DNA of 47,435 nucleotides from Chiloscyllium plagiosum (Eukaryota), in NCBI RefSeq assembly GCF_004010195.1, contig NC_057719.1, positions 41,809,674 to 41,857,108 of the forward strand. The letters run 5' to 3'. The first letter of the stretch is position 1. Every line of letters starts with the position of its first letter. Shown piece by piece: positions 26,621 to 39,560 of the stretch. The notes beneath the pieces were generated by a model. It ran no database searches. It saw nothing but the letters and a program-made list of their open reading frames with translations, and had not been told where the DNA came from. The translations under genes were made by a program, and so were the position numbers.

Positions 26621-27539
26621 CTGCAGAAGGATTGAAACTGGCTAGGAGAGAGGGGAAAGAAGTGGCAGATGGAATATAAAGTGGGAAAGTGTGAGGTTAT
26701 GCTCTTTGGTAGTAAGAATAGAGACAGAAAACTTTCTAAACAGGGGAAGGCTTTGAAAATCTGAAATACAAAGGGAATTAGGAGTCAGATTAACATACAG
26801 GTTCAATTGGCAGTTAGGAAGAAAATGAAATGTTAGCATTTATTTCAAGAGAGTTGGAAAACAAGAGCAGAGATGTACTGCTGAGGCTGCCTAATGCTAT
26901 TGTCTGACCACATTTTGAAGATTGTGAGTATTTTTGGGTCCATACCAAAAGAAGGAAGTGCTGGCGTTGGAGGAGGTCCAGAGGAGGTTTCCAAAATTGA
27001 TCGTTGGGATGAATGGCTTGTGATATGAGGAGTCATTCAGGTCTCTGCGTCTGTACTCAATAAAATTTAGAAGGATGACGGGGTATCTGATTGAAACTTA
27101 GAGCATACTGAGAGGTTTGGATAGAGTGGATGTGGAAAAGATGTTTCCACTAGTATGACATACTAAAGCCCAACAGCACAGCCTCAGAGTGAAGGGGGTG
27201 ACTCTTTAGAACTGAGATGAGGAGGAATTTCTTCAATCAGAGGGTGATGAATCTGTGGAACTCATTCCCATAGAAAGCTGTTCAGGCCAAATCACTGAGT
27301 GTATGTAAGACAGAGATAGATAGGTTCTTGATAGTAAGGGGATCAAGGATTACAAGGAGAGGGAAGGAGAACGGGGCTGAGAAACATATGAGCCGCGGTT
27401 GAAAAGTGGAGCAGACTCAATAGGCCAAATTATCTAATTCTGCTCCTACGCTTCATGGTCTCATGGTTTCTTGAACATTTCAACATAGCAGTAGATACCT
27501 GAGATATTGAATAAGGAGTGCAGTGCAAAGAGTTTAGTG

Positions 27540-28790
27540 AGTAAGAGACGGTAGATAAAGATCCAGTGGGGAAAGGGTATTGTGGGAATGGGAGTCTATG
27601 AGAATTGGAGACAGTGGGAAAGGTTTCAGTGGCTAAGGAATTCAGATGGAATGTGCTACTGTGGGAATGATTTCAGTGGGTAAGCTGTTTGGGTAAGGAT
27701 TCAATGAATCAGGTACAGTGGCAAGGGGATCAGTGGGAAAGGTTCTTTATGTAATGGGTACAGTGGGTAAGAAATACCTGAAGTAATTCATCAAGATGTA
27801 AAAATGATTACAGTGGGTATTGTGTTCAGGGATTTTGGAACCCAGCAGCTATGGAATTTTGTGCACATGGAGCTCAGTGCATAAAAATATTTGGGAAAAG
27901 AAAATTCAGTACATAAGGGATTCAATGGGCAAGGGTCTGGGTGGCTACAGGGTTCAGAGGGAATGTGGTTCAGTGGCAAGAGTTAATTATGTTAGGGGCA
28001 CAATAGGGAACTAGTTTGATGGTAAAGGTTATAGGTGCTCTGGCTATCCAGTTAGGTAGATGAAGGGCTCAGTTATTAAGGGTTCATTGGATATGGGATT
28101 CAGTGTGTACTTTCACTGGGTAAGGCCAGAAGAAATCGGAGCAGAAGTAGGCCATTCAGCCATTTGAAACTACTCCACCATTAAACATGCAGAGGGTGGT
28201 ATGCGTATGGAATGAGCTACCAGAGGAAGTCATGGAGGCTAGTACAATTGCAATATTTTAAAGGCATCCGGATGGATATATGAATGGAAGGGTTTGGAGA
28301 GATATGGGCCGGGTGCTGGCAGATGGGACTAGATTGGGTCAGGATGGTTGGAAAGAAGGATCTGTTTCCGTGCTGTACATCTCTGACTATGACCGACTAT
28401 GACCTCATCATCCTCAATGCCATTTTGTAAGGGCTTAGGGTTCAGTCAGCAAGAGATGGAATGGGTACCAAGTTTGATGGATAAATTGGATTTAGGGCTC
28501 TATGAAGATTGGATGGGTATGTACTAAGTTTAAAGTTAAGTGGGTTTGTGATTCAGTGAATATGAGGTTCAATAGGAATAGGGTGGAATTGGCATACAGT
28601 GGGAATATGGTGGACTTGGGAATATGGTGGAGTTAGGATACAGAGGAAATGGGTTTAAATGGGAATAGGATGGAAATGTGTACAGTGGATATGAGTTTCA
28701 CTGGGAAGAGGGTGGAATTGGGGCACATAGGTTCTGGGTTTGATGGGAAAGAGGGTGGAATTGGGGTTCATAGGATTTGGGTTTCAGTAA
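27540..28790 (+). repeat. Degenerate G/purine-rich minisatellite-like tract (CAGTGGG.AAGGGNTT-like units)
   Basis: Many variants of cagtggg/ttcagtgg/aaggg(a)tt at short spacing. Interrupted by CR1 pieces at ~28130-28400. Confidence 0.6.
28185..28400 (+). mobile_element. CR1 LINE 3' end
   Basis: atgcagagggtggtatgcgtatggaatgagctaccagaggaag...tctgtttccgtgctgtacatctctgactatgac. Confidence 0.85.
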
Positions 28791-28832
28791 CTATGATGTT
28801 CCGTGGAAATCCCCCGCCCATAGCGCGACTTA

Positions 28833-29138
<306 letters not shown>

Positions 29139-29159
29139 TTACACTGAAGCAGGATCCAG

Positions 29160-29260
29160 AGCTCCTGGTTCACGCCTGCGCCGATCGATCCGCTGACGTC
29201 CAGTCGTTTTAAGGCTCAGGAGGTAGGGGGTGTGGGGAAGGAGGGTGGTGGGATCCTGAA
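29160..29260 (-). promoter_or_regulatory. Probable TMEM179 5'UTR/proximal promoter
   Basis: Local CpG cluster just upstream of the ATG, CRE-like TGACGTC at 29194-29200, weak TATA-like TTAAAA on the minus strand near 29207-29212, and a CACC/CC-rich tract at 29221-29252. The start site itself cannot be determined. Confidence 0.4.
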
Positions 29261-31119
29261 GATATCATCCTTTAACCCGAGTGGTCCAGACTTCGCTCTG
29301 TCCTCATTCAACTACCACTTCCCATTTCCCCCAATATTAACTTGTAACTTCCGACTTCCTTCAATGTGAACAATAATATGACTTAAATCAGTTCTGCATT
29401 TATTGGTGCTTCAGTCCCAAATCCTCATTCTGGAGTCATAATGGTTTGGTATTAGATTGTTTAATCCTGTGAGCTTGGAAATAGGTTGATGCAGGTGGAT
29501 TTTTTTGTTATAAATTAGCTTGCAGAATATACCCAATGTTGTTTACAAAAGCAAAGCACACTAAAGTATAAAAATACTCCAAAAAAACCTTAGTCACACG
29601 TGAACCATTTTACTTGGAGTTGCCAAAAATCAGACTCGAATAGGTGATCAGCCTGTTCCACCTAAAAGTCTAGTGGTTGATCAGATGACTTCGTGTTCCC
29701 TGAGCTAGCTAATTTTGCTGTTAAGTAAGAGTTTTATACATATACACACACGCATTTTCCTGAAAAAGACGCTATGCATTTATAATCTTGACAGTATCCA
29801 GTCTCCAGCAAATAATCAGTTTGACAACTGGCAAACATCACAAATGTGTCATTTTCCATATTGGTTTGATCAATGAATCCATTAAGACTTGCTTGTCTCT
29901 CCTTGAAAAGAGGATTTACTGCTTAATGAATTCTCTCCTCAGCTTAGCTTGTGTTCACCACTCTATGTTATCCATAAGATCATAAGATATAGGCACAGGA
30001 CTAGGCCATTCGGCCCATCGAACCACCTCTACCATTTGATCATGGCTGATTTGTTTCTCCTGCATTCTCCCTTAATACCTTTATTAATCAAGAACCTAAC
30101 TCTCTCTGATTTGGTGAATGCATAGCATTCTGAGGCAGTGAGTCCCACAGATTCACCACTGATTAACCATGTGATATTTACTCAGCACAATTCTATGACC
30201 ATCACAAACTCAACTGATACATAGTCAACATTATTACTTCCGATTTATCATGTTGTTTTGAACAAATTTCTGCTTTTCCAGATTTACTGTGACAGTCAGT
30301 GCATTGCTATTGTGTTACAGAGCTTGATGCATATTCCTTCATAAAAACACACAAGCACTGTAAAACCAATGATATTTCTAATCATTAGAGCATCACCAGT
30401 ATTCATATGTTTTCTCTTCATTTCATTCAATTTAGGTTCATTTCAACTAACTCAATAAATTTTGGTTTAACATCTACAGTACTAACTTATGGCAATTTCT
30501 ATTCATCCTGTGCTTGCTAACCAACATTGAATCTAGTTAAGCAATGCCTCAATTTTAAAACTTTCATCCTTGTTTTCAAATCTCCCTTGCCCCTATATAT
30601 ATCTGTAATCTCTTCTAGCCAAAAAAAAAATACCTGTAGTCCTCTAATTCTTTTTTCTTGGGCATCCCTGATATTAATCATTCAATCATTGGTGCCCATG
30701 CCTTCAGCAACCAAGATTCTAAGTACTTGAGTTCATGCCCTATACCTATCTGGTTCCCTGCTTCTCTTTTTCCTCATTTGAAACACTCCTTGAAACTCAT
30801 CTCTTTGACTAAGCTGTAGGCTATGTACTCAAATCGCATCACCTTATGAGGTTTAGTGTGAAATTTTGCTTTATAACTCATGCAAAGCACTTTGGGTTGT
30901 TGAAGACCGTTTATGAACATAGGATAACAAACAAGAACAAGATATGTAAATAGTTAATCAAGTCATTGGAGAAAATACAGGAATTTTGATTGGAGGTAGA
31001 TAAAGTGACTGTGGTGAGGTTTCCCTTTCATTCTCTGTGCTCCACAAGAAATTATCATTTTATTTTATAAAGTGTAGCAACTTGTTTGCAAACATATAAT
31101 GCTCATTGGACTGACAGAA

Positions 31120-31450
31120 TTACAGGGTAGATGCAGGAATATTCCCAATAACGCAATTGTCCAGAACCAGGGCTCACAGTCCAAAGATTCAGACTAAAAC
31201 ATTTAGGACTGAGATGAGGAGAAATTTCTTCATCCAGAGAGTGGTGAACTCATGGAAAGCACAAGAAAGAAGTTGAAGTCAAAACATTATATAATTTCAA
31301 GCAGAATTTGAATAAAGTACATGGGACTAAAGGAATATGGGAGAAAAGCAGAACTATTGAGCTGGGTGACCAGCCATGATCATAATAAATAGCAGAGCAT
31401 GCTTGAAGGACTGAATGGCCAACTCCTGCTCCTTTTTTTCTATATTTCTA
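31120..31450 (+). mobile_element. CR1 LINE 3' end (older subfamily)
   Basis: tttaggactgagatgaggagaaatttcttcatccagagagtggtgaa...gactgaatggccaactcctgctcct. Confidence 0.8.
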
Positions 31451-32174
31451 TGAATCATACATTTGACCATTGGACAACCGTGGGACACAAAAATGAAAGT
31501 TGGTCTGGATTTATTGTCAAGATTGTGCTACATTCTATTTTCCACAACCAAACCATTACATTAAAAATTTGTGAGATATGACCCTTAACAAACTTAATGG
31601 TCTACCTGCCATTTGAAAAATATGCATTTTAGAAAACCTTAACCCTATTCTCAGGCTTATAATTCAGTTTTGAAAATGCAAATAATAAGGGAAATAATTA
31701 ATGAATCAATCAGACTCTCAATTTCAAGAATAGGATACATATTAAAGGAAACGATAAGAGAGAGATAAAAATGAAATTACGGAAGAGTTCAATGACACTA
31801 CAATGTCCCTTTTAGACTGCTTGCAATTCCTTTCAGAGAGGATGTGGAAATCAAAGCCATTCCTAGCAATAAAAGTGCTAGAGCAATACAATGCCCAAAC
31901 ATACATTATGTTCTAGGTAAACGGTTACACAACTACTCCAAGACTGACAGCTCCTGTTGATTGTAGTTCTCATCTTATGGTTGGATTTTGTTGATCCCTG
32001 GGGTTCCTTTCTTGTTGACTGCAGCCCTCTTTTTGTGACCAGTCATATTGCCTTCTTGCTGACTGCAGTTCTTCCTTTTACTCCGATTGAGTTAGACTTT
32101 CCCAGTTAAAATTAAGGCATGGTAGCGAGTGAGCTTCATGGCAACATTTGCGCTGTGGTCAAGGGTGAGTTAGA

Positions 32175-34190
32175 AACATAGAAAATAGGAAAAGCAGTAA
32201 GTAAATTAGCCTTTCAAGCCTGCGCCACCATTCCATATGATCATGACTGATAATCCAAATCAGTAACTTGTTCCTGCGTTCTCCCTATAACCTTTGATCC
32301 CTTTAGAACTAAGAACTATGTCCAACCTCTTCTTGAGAGCATTCATATTTTTGGCCTCAAACACTTCCTGTAGCAGGGAATTCTACAGACTCACCTCTCT
32401 CTGGGTGAAGAAATTTTTCACCTTCTCAGTGTTAAATGGCCTACTCCATGTCCTTAAACTTTGACTCCTGGTTCTGGACTCCCTGGTCACCAGGAACAGT
32501 CTTCCTACATCTAGTACTATTAAACTACTGTTAAAATTTTATCAGATTGCATGAGATCCCCCTCAAAATCCAAAAGTCCTGTGAATATAGCCCTAACTAA
32601 TCTAGCCTCTCTTCATATGTATTCCCAGGAATGGTAAATCTTCGTTACACTCCCTCCAAAGCCAGAACATTCTTCCTCAGATAAGGAGACCAAAACTGCA
32701 CATTCTCACCAATGCCCTGTACAGTTTCAGCACTGCTCCTATATTTGAATCCTTTCACCATGAATCACGGAATCCTTACAGTGCAGAAAGAGGCCATTTG
32801 ACCCATTGCGACAGCACCATCTCACTGAAGAGCATCCCACCAGACCCAGGCACGTAACTCTGCATTTACCATGGTTAATCCACCTAATCTGCACATTGCT
32901 TGACACTACTAGGCAATTTAGCATTGCTAATACAGATAACTTGTACATCTTTGGACTTTGGATGGATACCCACACAGATACAGGGAGACCATGCAAACTC
33001 CACACAGACAGAAAATAACATTTGCCTTCTTCACTGCTACTGCACCTGCTTGCTTACTTGCAGAGACGGATATACAAGCACCATCCAGGTCTCGTTGCAC
33101 CTCCCCCTTTCTGAATCTATCACCATTTACACAAAAATCTACCAAAGTGAATAACTTGACAGTTATTCATATTATACTTAATCTGTCGGGCATTTGTCCA
33201 CTCACTGAAATTGTCCCACCATTCACTACCTGCCGCTCAGAAAAAAACAATTTATTCCTACCTTTTGTTTACTGTCTGTCAATCAATTTTATATCCATGC
33301 CAATACACAACAATACACAACTCTACAATCAACATTTCCTCTAAACTGTGTAGCTGTGATGTTGCCTGACCTGCTGTGCTTTTCTAGCACCACTCTGATC
33401 TAAATCCTAGCTATGTGTACAGTCTCTCCAAGGTTCCGCTCATGGGGATTACATCGACACACCAATCATGGGCACTGACTTCTGGAAGTCGCTGCTGTAG
33501 ATGGACCCCATTGGTCCACGTGGCCAGAGAATAAAGAGAACAAACGCTACCCCAGTCCCATGCGTTTTAATTGGACATGCTAATCGCTTTTGAGAGGCCT
33601 TATTAAAAACCTTTTGAAAGTCCAAGTAAACCAAATCCCATGGCTCCACCTTATTCATTCTACAGGTTTCACATTCGAAAAGTTCAGTAGATTTGTCAAA
33701 CATGATTTCCCTTTCATAAATCCATGCTGACTTTGTCTGAGTTTGTTTTCCAAGAGCTCTCTATTAAATCTTTTATAATGGACTCTAACACTTTTCCCAC
33801 TACCAATGTCAAGCAAGTACACAATTCCCTGTTTTCTCTCTTCCTAGTTTTTTTTAATACTGGGGTTACATTAGCAATCTTCCAGTCCATGAGAAGTGTT
33901 TGAACTTCTATAGAATCTTGATAGATGATCACTAGTGCATGCAGTATTGCTTGGATTGCTTCCTTAAGTACTCTTGGATGAAAATTATTGGGCCCTGGGA
34001 TTTATCGGTCTTTAATCCCATCAATTTCCCTCACACCATTTTCCTACTAACATTGATTTCCTTCAGTTCCTTCCTCTCACTACACCTTGTGTGCCCCAAT
34101 ATTTTTGGGAGGTTATTTGTGTCCTCCTTTTCGAAAACAAAACCAAAGTATGTATTTACTTGGTCTGCTGTCATTTGTTCTCCATTATAA
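32175..34190 (-). mobile_element. Fragmented CR1 LINE interrupted by a SINE (32765-33009) and a short PLE end (~33358-33405)
   Basis: DWKIANVTPVLKK, VVGKVLESIIKD and DLVYLDFQKVFNK motifs in the minus ORFs; CR1 3' tail agaaacatagaaaatagga at 32172-32190. Confidence 0.8.
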
Positions 34191-35757
34191 CTTCCATGAC
34201 TATATGACTATAAGCTGTAAGCCGTTATTTCGAGTGTGCATGTGCTTCTCAGCTTTTCACTTATGGAAGCAAGACGCTGGAGCAATACTCGGTGAAGCCT
34301 CATATTTAAACCTTAGCTGGACACCACTACAGATGCTGCAAGCCAGAATTACCATTCAAACTGCCTTTAAAGTCCAAACACACATAACGGAAGAAAACTA
34401 AGCTCTCTCACTGCTTCACAGTGAATGGTATGGAAGTGCTGGTGAATGGGATGTTAGAGAGAAGCTCAGTCCTCTTCCTGGATTGCCACAAAAAGTGGCC
34501 AACTCACCAGTCAGGTCACCTGAATAGAAATGACAGTATGGGTCAGTAAAAATCCCCACAGTGAAATAGAAGGCTGAGAAGAGTATAAAGGAGGTCAATG
34601 ATCTTCTGCACTCTGCAAGGATAAATAGCACCATCATCTTTCTGCTACCTCACACTCACAAGGCCAATGCTAAGTCTAATGCAGTCTTTGAATGCCTTTC
34701 ATGCAAGTTGATGGACTACAACTCTCAGCAGCATTCAAACCAGCCACTCAAAGCATCACACTGTCATGTTCTCTTCAAGAAATTGGGCAGCTCACCTGCT
34801 GCTTTCCCATGCTATTTTGCCAGATTTTATGTTTCCTGTTCAAACTCTCAAATGGCTGGTAAAATTCAGTTCAATGTTTCTGAAAATGAATCAGCCGATG
34901 CAGCTAAGAACAAGATCTAGGTAACATTCTGACAGGCAGCAAAGAAAACAAAAACCATACCATTGTAAATAACAGGCAATGATATCTTGAAGAAAAAAAG
35001 CCAACACTCCACCATCGTCTAGTCTTTTCTCACCTGCCTATATTCTCATACTTCTAAATAGCATCTTCATTGATGGGCCATAATCTGTAACGTTACTGGC
35101 CAGCTACTTAATTGGATCAAACATATCAACACCATGTTTGTAAAGGAAGGCAGAGTATTGTGATAGATGGCTCATTCACTGACACTCAAAGCTTGTCCTC
35201 TTTGTCAATTTGGGAACATGGTGCAATATTCAACGCTCAATCAGATTGAGAGTGCAGCAACAGGAAGTAAGAAGTATGACTAACCTAGTAAGTAACTGAA
35301 CACACTCCACTTTTTTGGCAGTCCTAACACTGGACTCTATCCCAATGTCCACCACTTGAGCACAACCAACAGAGTTTATTGTAGTCAATCACCATAATTA
35401 CTTCTTTAGTAATACTTAACTTCTTGAGGCCATCGAAAAGACACAAATAGGAAAGCAGGAATGTCATCAGCAGTAAGTGATAAATCATCCCAATGTGAGT
35501 ATTCTTTTTTCATACGTGATTCAAAATCCTGCAATACGTAACCTAGAAATATAATACAATGATTCACTCCTATTGTCTCAGTGCAATTATTGCTATCATG
35601 GCAACATCACCAACATTGCAAGAAGTCATAAAATAACATCAATATCATTAACAAAGCCAAGCAAAAATTAAAAAAAAACCTTCAGCTTTATTTTGATTGG
35701 GTAACAGTTAACACCACATGAATAATATGAGTCCAACTTCCATTCGAAGATTTTCTT

Positions 35758-35925
35758 TTAAGGTGGTGACACTGCATCAATCTGAAGTTCTTTCTTTCTT
35801 TTGATAATTTTTGCAATGTCGTTCTTCAGTTTTCCCACACAACTTTCCAATTCCTCTCCCAGCTCTTCGATCAGTTGATTTCTTTCATTTGCAAAATACC
35901 TGAGGCAAAGAATACGTCCTTCATC
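35758..35925 (-). CDS. Putative terminal coding exon of an unidentified gene (DEGRILCLRYFANERNQLIEELGEELESCVGKLKNDIAKIIKRKKELQIDAVSPP*)
   Basis: Acceptor tttcttttgtaatgcattttag|GAT (alternative in-frame cag| at 35899); 56 codons ending in TAA at 35758-35760; charged, coiled-coil-like peptide; AATAAA on the minus strand at 35687-35692 followed by a U-rich tract. Does not look like any local repeat. Confidence 0.45.
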   Translation of the reverse strand, partial: DEGRILCLRYFANERNQLIEELGEELESCVGKLKNDIAKIIKRKKELQIDAVSPP

Positions 35926-36055
35926 CTAAAATGCATTACAAAAGAAACATTAATTCGGAGGCACCAATGAAAAGTTCCTTACCTAAATATAAAGTGGGAT
36001 TTAAATACCATTATCCAAAGGAAGATGCAAAGTCCAAGTAAAATATGGAAAGGAA

Positions 36056-36990
36056 TTAGAGTCATAGATATGTACAGCATGGAAATAGACCCTTTGGTCC
36101 AAATCATCCATGCTGACAAGATATCCTAATCTATTCTAGTCCCATTTTCCAGCACATGGCCCACAGCCCTCTAAACATTTCATATTCATATACCCATCCA
36201 AATGCCTTTTAAATGTTGTAATTTTACCAACCTCCACCACTTCCTCTGGAAGCACATTCCATATGCACCATCTTCTGGGTGAAAAAGTTGCCCCTTAGGT
36301 CTCTTTTACATCTTTTCCCTCTCACCCTAAACCTACGCTCTCGAGTTCTGGACTTCCCCTATCCCAGGAAAAAGACCTTGTCTATTTACCCTCTCCAGGC
36401 CCCTCATGATTTTGTGAACCTCTATAAGTCACCCCTCAGCCTCCAATGCTCCAGGGAAAACAGCCCCAGCCTTTCAACCTCTCCCTTTAGCCCAAATCCT
36501 CCAACCCTGGCAACCTCCTTGTAAATCTTTTCTAAAATTTCACAATATCCTTCCAATAGGAAGGAGACCAGAATTGCATGCAATATTCCAAAAGTGGCCT
36601 AACCAATGTCCTGTACAGCCACAACATGACTTCCCAACTCCTGTACTCAATACTCTGACCAATAAAGAAAAGCATACCAAACACCACCTTCACTATCCTG
36701 TGTACCTGTGACTCCACTTTCAAGGAACTATGAACCTGCACTCCAAGGTCTCTTTGTTCAGCAACACTCCCAGGACCCTTACCATTAAGTGTATAAGTCC
36801 TGCTCTGATTAGCAATTCGAAAATGCAGCACCTCACATTTATCTAAATTAAACTCCATCTGCCACTCCTCAGCCCATTGGCCCATTCGATCAATATCCCG
36901 TTGTATTCTGAGGTAACCTTCTTTGCTGTCCACTACACCTCCAATCTACAAATTTACTAATTATACCTCCTATGTGCACATTCAAATAAT
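36056..36990 (-). mobile_element. CR1 LINE 3' portion
   Basis: ORF 36532-36933 (WAEEWQMEFNLDKCEVLHF...DLGVQVHSSLKV...LVRPLLEYCMQFWSP) plus the 3'UTR. Confidence 0.93.
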
Positions 36991-37817
36991 TTATATGAAT
37001 AGGTCTTTTTGAAACTGGATGCCATGAAGAAATGGTTGAGACTTAAATAGACTATTGTAGCCTTACAGAATTTCTTGTTATAGTTTGATTATACATTCAG
37101 AATAATACTTAGCAGAGGAATACAAAGTTTTAATCAAAAAGTCTTAATTTTTTTTAAAAAAATCTCTTTTTGACTGTTTATATTTGAGTGTTTTAATGTT
37201 GTTTTTACAATTTCTTTTCAACATCTCCTGTGACTAGTGTGTATAATGTTACTGTTGGGTGATAGTCACAGCGTTTAATCCAAGACTGTCAATAAGGTGC
37301 CATGCTGCCAGGAGGCACAAAGGACCTACTGAGTGTGACTGATCCCTTCAATTTACATTGGAGAAGTTAAAAGTTTCTGTGCAGCGTCCCTGGGCTCATC
37401 ATAGCTGTGATTGGCAGCAAAATGAATTGAATTAATGTCTGTCCTTCCTCTAGGGCATTAAATATCATCATTGTAAAATTTGAAACCATTATCCTGCCTG
37501 ATTATTGGGATTTGTATTAATTTCTGACAGTGAAAAGTAGAAATCCAATGCTATTTGTATGACCTTGCTATGCACATAAATGGTACTGCATTTGACAATG
37601 TACCAGCAGTAACTGAACTTCAGTAACAGGAATGAATTGAATGGAAATATTTTGAGACATTTTTCTAATGTGCGTACAATGGTCTGGTTAGTTTTGGTAA
37701 ACATCAAATAATTGTGGATTCTACCAGGAGTAGGACAGAAAGCAAATTAAAGTCTTTCCTTTTGTGCTGTTATAAACCTGGAGACATTTTAGCATCTTGA
37801 GTACTGTCAAAGCTGAG

Positions 37818-38470
37818 ATAGAGTTATAGAGATTTACAGCATGGAAACAGACCCTTTGGTCCAACTCATCCATGCCAACCAGATATGCTAAAATAATCTA
37901 GTCATATTTGCCAGAGTTTGGCCTATATCCCTCTAAACCCTTCCTATTCATGTACCCATCCAGCTGCCTTTTAAATGTCATAATTGTACCAGCCTCCACC
38001 ACTTCCTCTGGCAGTTCATTCCATACATGCACCACTCTCTGCATGAAAAAGTTGCCCCTTAGGTCCCTGTTAAATCTTTCCTCTCTCAACTTAAACGTAT
38101 GCCCTTTAGGTTTGGACACCCCTACCCTGGAGAAAAGACTTTGGCACTTGTCACTTTGTCATGCCCCTCATGATTTTATAAAGTTCTGTAAGGTCATCCC
38201 TCAGCCTTTGATGCTCCAGGGAAAATAGCCCCAGCATATTCAACTTCTCCCTATAGCTGAAACCCTCCAATCACGGCAACATCCTTATAAATCTTTTCTG
38301 AACCCTTTCAGGTTTAATGACATCCTTCCCATAGGAGGGAGACCAGAACTAAATGCAGTATTCCAAAAGTGGCCTAACCAATGTCATGACCTCCTATGCG
38401 CAGTGCACAGACCAATAAAGGCAAGCATACCTGACGCCTTCTTCACTACCCTGACTACCTGCGACTCAAG
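37818..38470 (-). mobile_element. CR1 LINE 3' portion
   Basis: RFNRDLRGNFFMQRVVHVWNELPEEVVEAG motif plus the 3'UTR. Confidence 0.92.
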
Positions 38471-38654
38471 CAGACAACAACCTAGAAAATTGTCCAATGG
38501 CTCTGTGCGGTAACACATGCTGCATTCGCTAAAGTTAAGGCCATTAATTCTTACATTAGAGAAAATAAATATAGAAAGTAAAACCAACACAAACATTACA
38601 ATTTTTTTATAAATTGACCTAAGCATCTTACAGTAGGTAGAAGACTTAAAAATG

Positions 38655-39560
38655 CTCTGGATCAATGGTGCTGGAAGAGCACAGCAGTTCAGGCAGCATC
38701 CGAGAAGCTTCAGCAAAATCGACGTTTCGGGCAAAAGCCCTTCATCAGGAATAAAGGCAGAGAGCCTGAAGCGTGGAGAGATAAGCTAGAGGAGGATGGG
38801 AGTGGGGAGAGAGTAGAATAGAGTACAATAGGTGAGTGGGGGAGGAGATGAAGGTGATAGGTCAGGGAGGAGAGGGTGGAGTGGATAGGTGGAAAAGGAG
38901 ATAGGCAGGTAGGACANNNNNNNNNNNNNNNNNNNNNNNNNNNNNNNNNNNNNNNNNNNNNNNNNNNNNNNNNNNNNNNNNNNNNNNNNNNNNNNNNNNN
39001 NNNNNNNNNNNNNNNNNNNNNNNNNNNNNNNNNNNNNNNNNNNNNNNNNNNNNNNNNNNNNNNNNNNNNNNNNNNNNNNNNNNNNNNNNNNNNNNNNNNN
39101 NNNNNNNNNNNNNNNNNNNNNNNNNNNNNNNNNNNNNNNNNNNNNNNNNNNNNNNNNNNNNNNNNNNNNNNNNNNNNNNNNNNNNNNNNNNNNNNNNNNN
39201 NNNNNNNNNNNNNNNNNNNNNNNNNNNNNNNNNNNNNNNNNNNNNNNNNNNNNNNNNNNNNNNNNNNNNNNNNNNNNNNNNNNNNNNNNNNNNNNNNNNN
39301 NNNNNNNNNNNNNNNNNNNNNNNNNNNNNNNNNNNNNNNNNNNNNNNNNNNNNNNNNNNNNNNNNNNNNNNNNNNNNNNNNNNNNNNNNNNNNNNNNNNN
39401 NNNNNNNNNNNNNNNNNNNNNNNNGGATGGCATTTTTGCAAGAGGTAGGGTGGGAAGAGGTGTAATCCAGGTAGCTGTGGGAGTCGGTGGGTTTGTAAAA
39501 AATGTCAGTGTCAAGTCGGTCGTCACTAATGGAGATGGAGAGGTCCAGGAAGGGGACTGG
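38655..39560 (-). mobile_element. Penelope-like element fragment spanning assembly gap 38917-39424
   Basis: RT thumb motif PFLDLSISISDDRLDTDIFYKPTDSHSYLDYTSSHP at 39430-39560; 3' end with a hammerhead motif at 38655-38916. Confidence 0.88.
38717..38752 (-). ncRNA. Minimal hammerhead ribozyme motif (best-preserved core and helix II in the window)
   Basis: Minus strand ATTC-CTGATGA-A-GGGC(tttt)GCCC-GAAA-C-GTC-GATT. Confidence 0.72.

Larger units (their letters stand above)
25510..27470 (+). mobile_element. CR1 LINE (RT region to 3' end), interrupted by two nested insertions
   Basis: KAFDKAPHKRLL at ~25510, FADNTK near 26070, W.M.....KCEVM near 26660, and the CR1 3'UTR ending ctaattctgctcct...atggtc. 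Confidence 0.85.

Noticed and set aside
37355..37620. Two possible small minus-strand exons that could link 40545 to the orphan terminal exon
   Set aside because: Donors are weak (gtcata, gtaaat) and several phase combinations fit equally well, so they cannot be supported.
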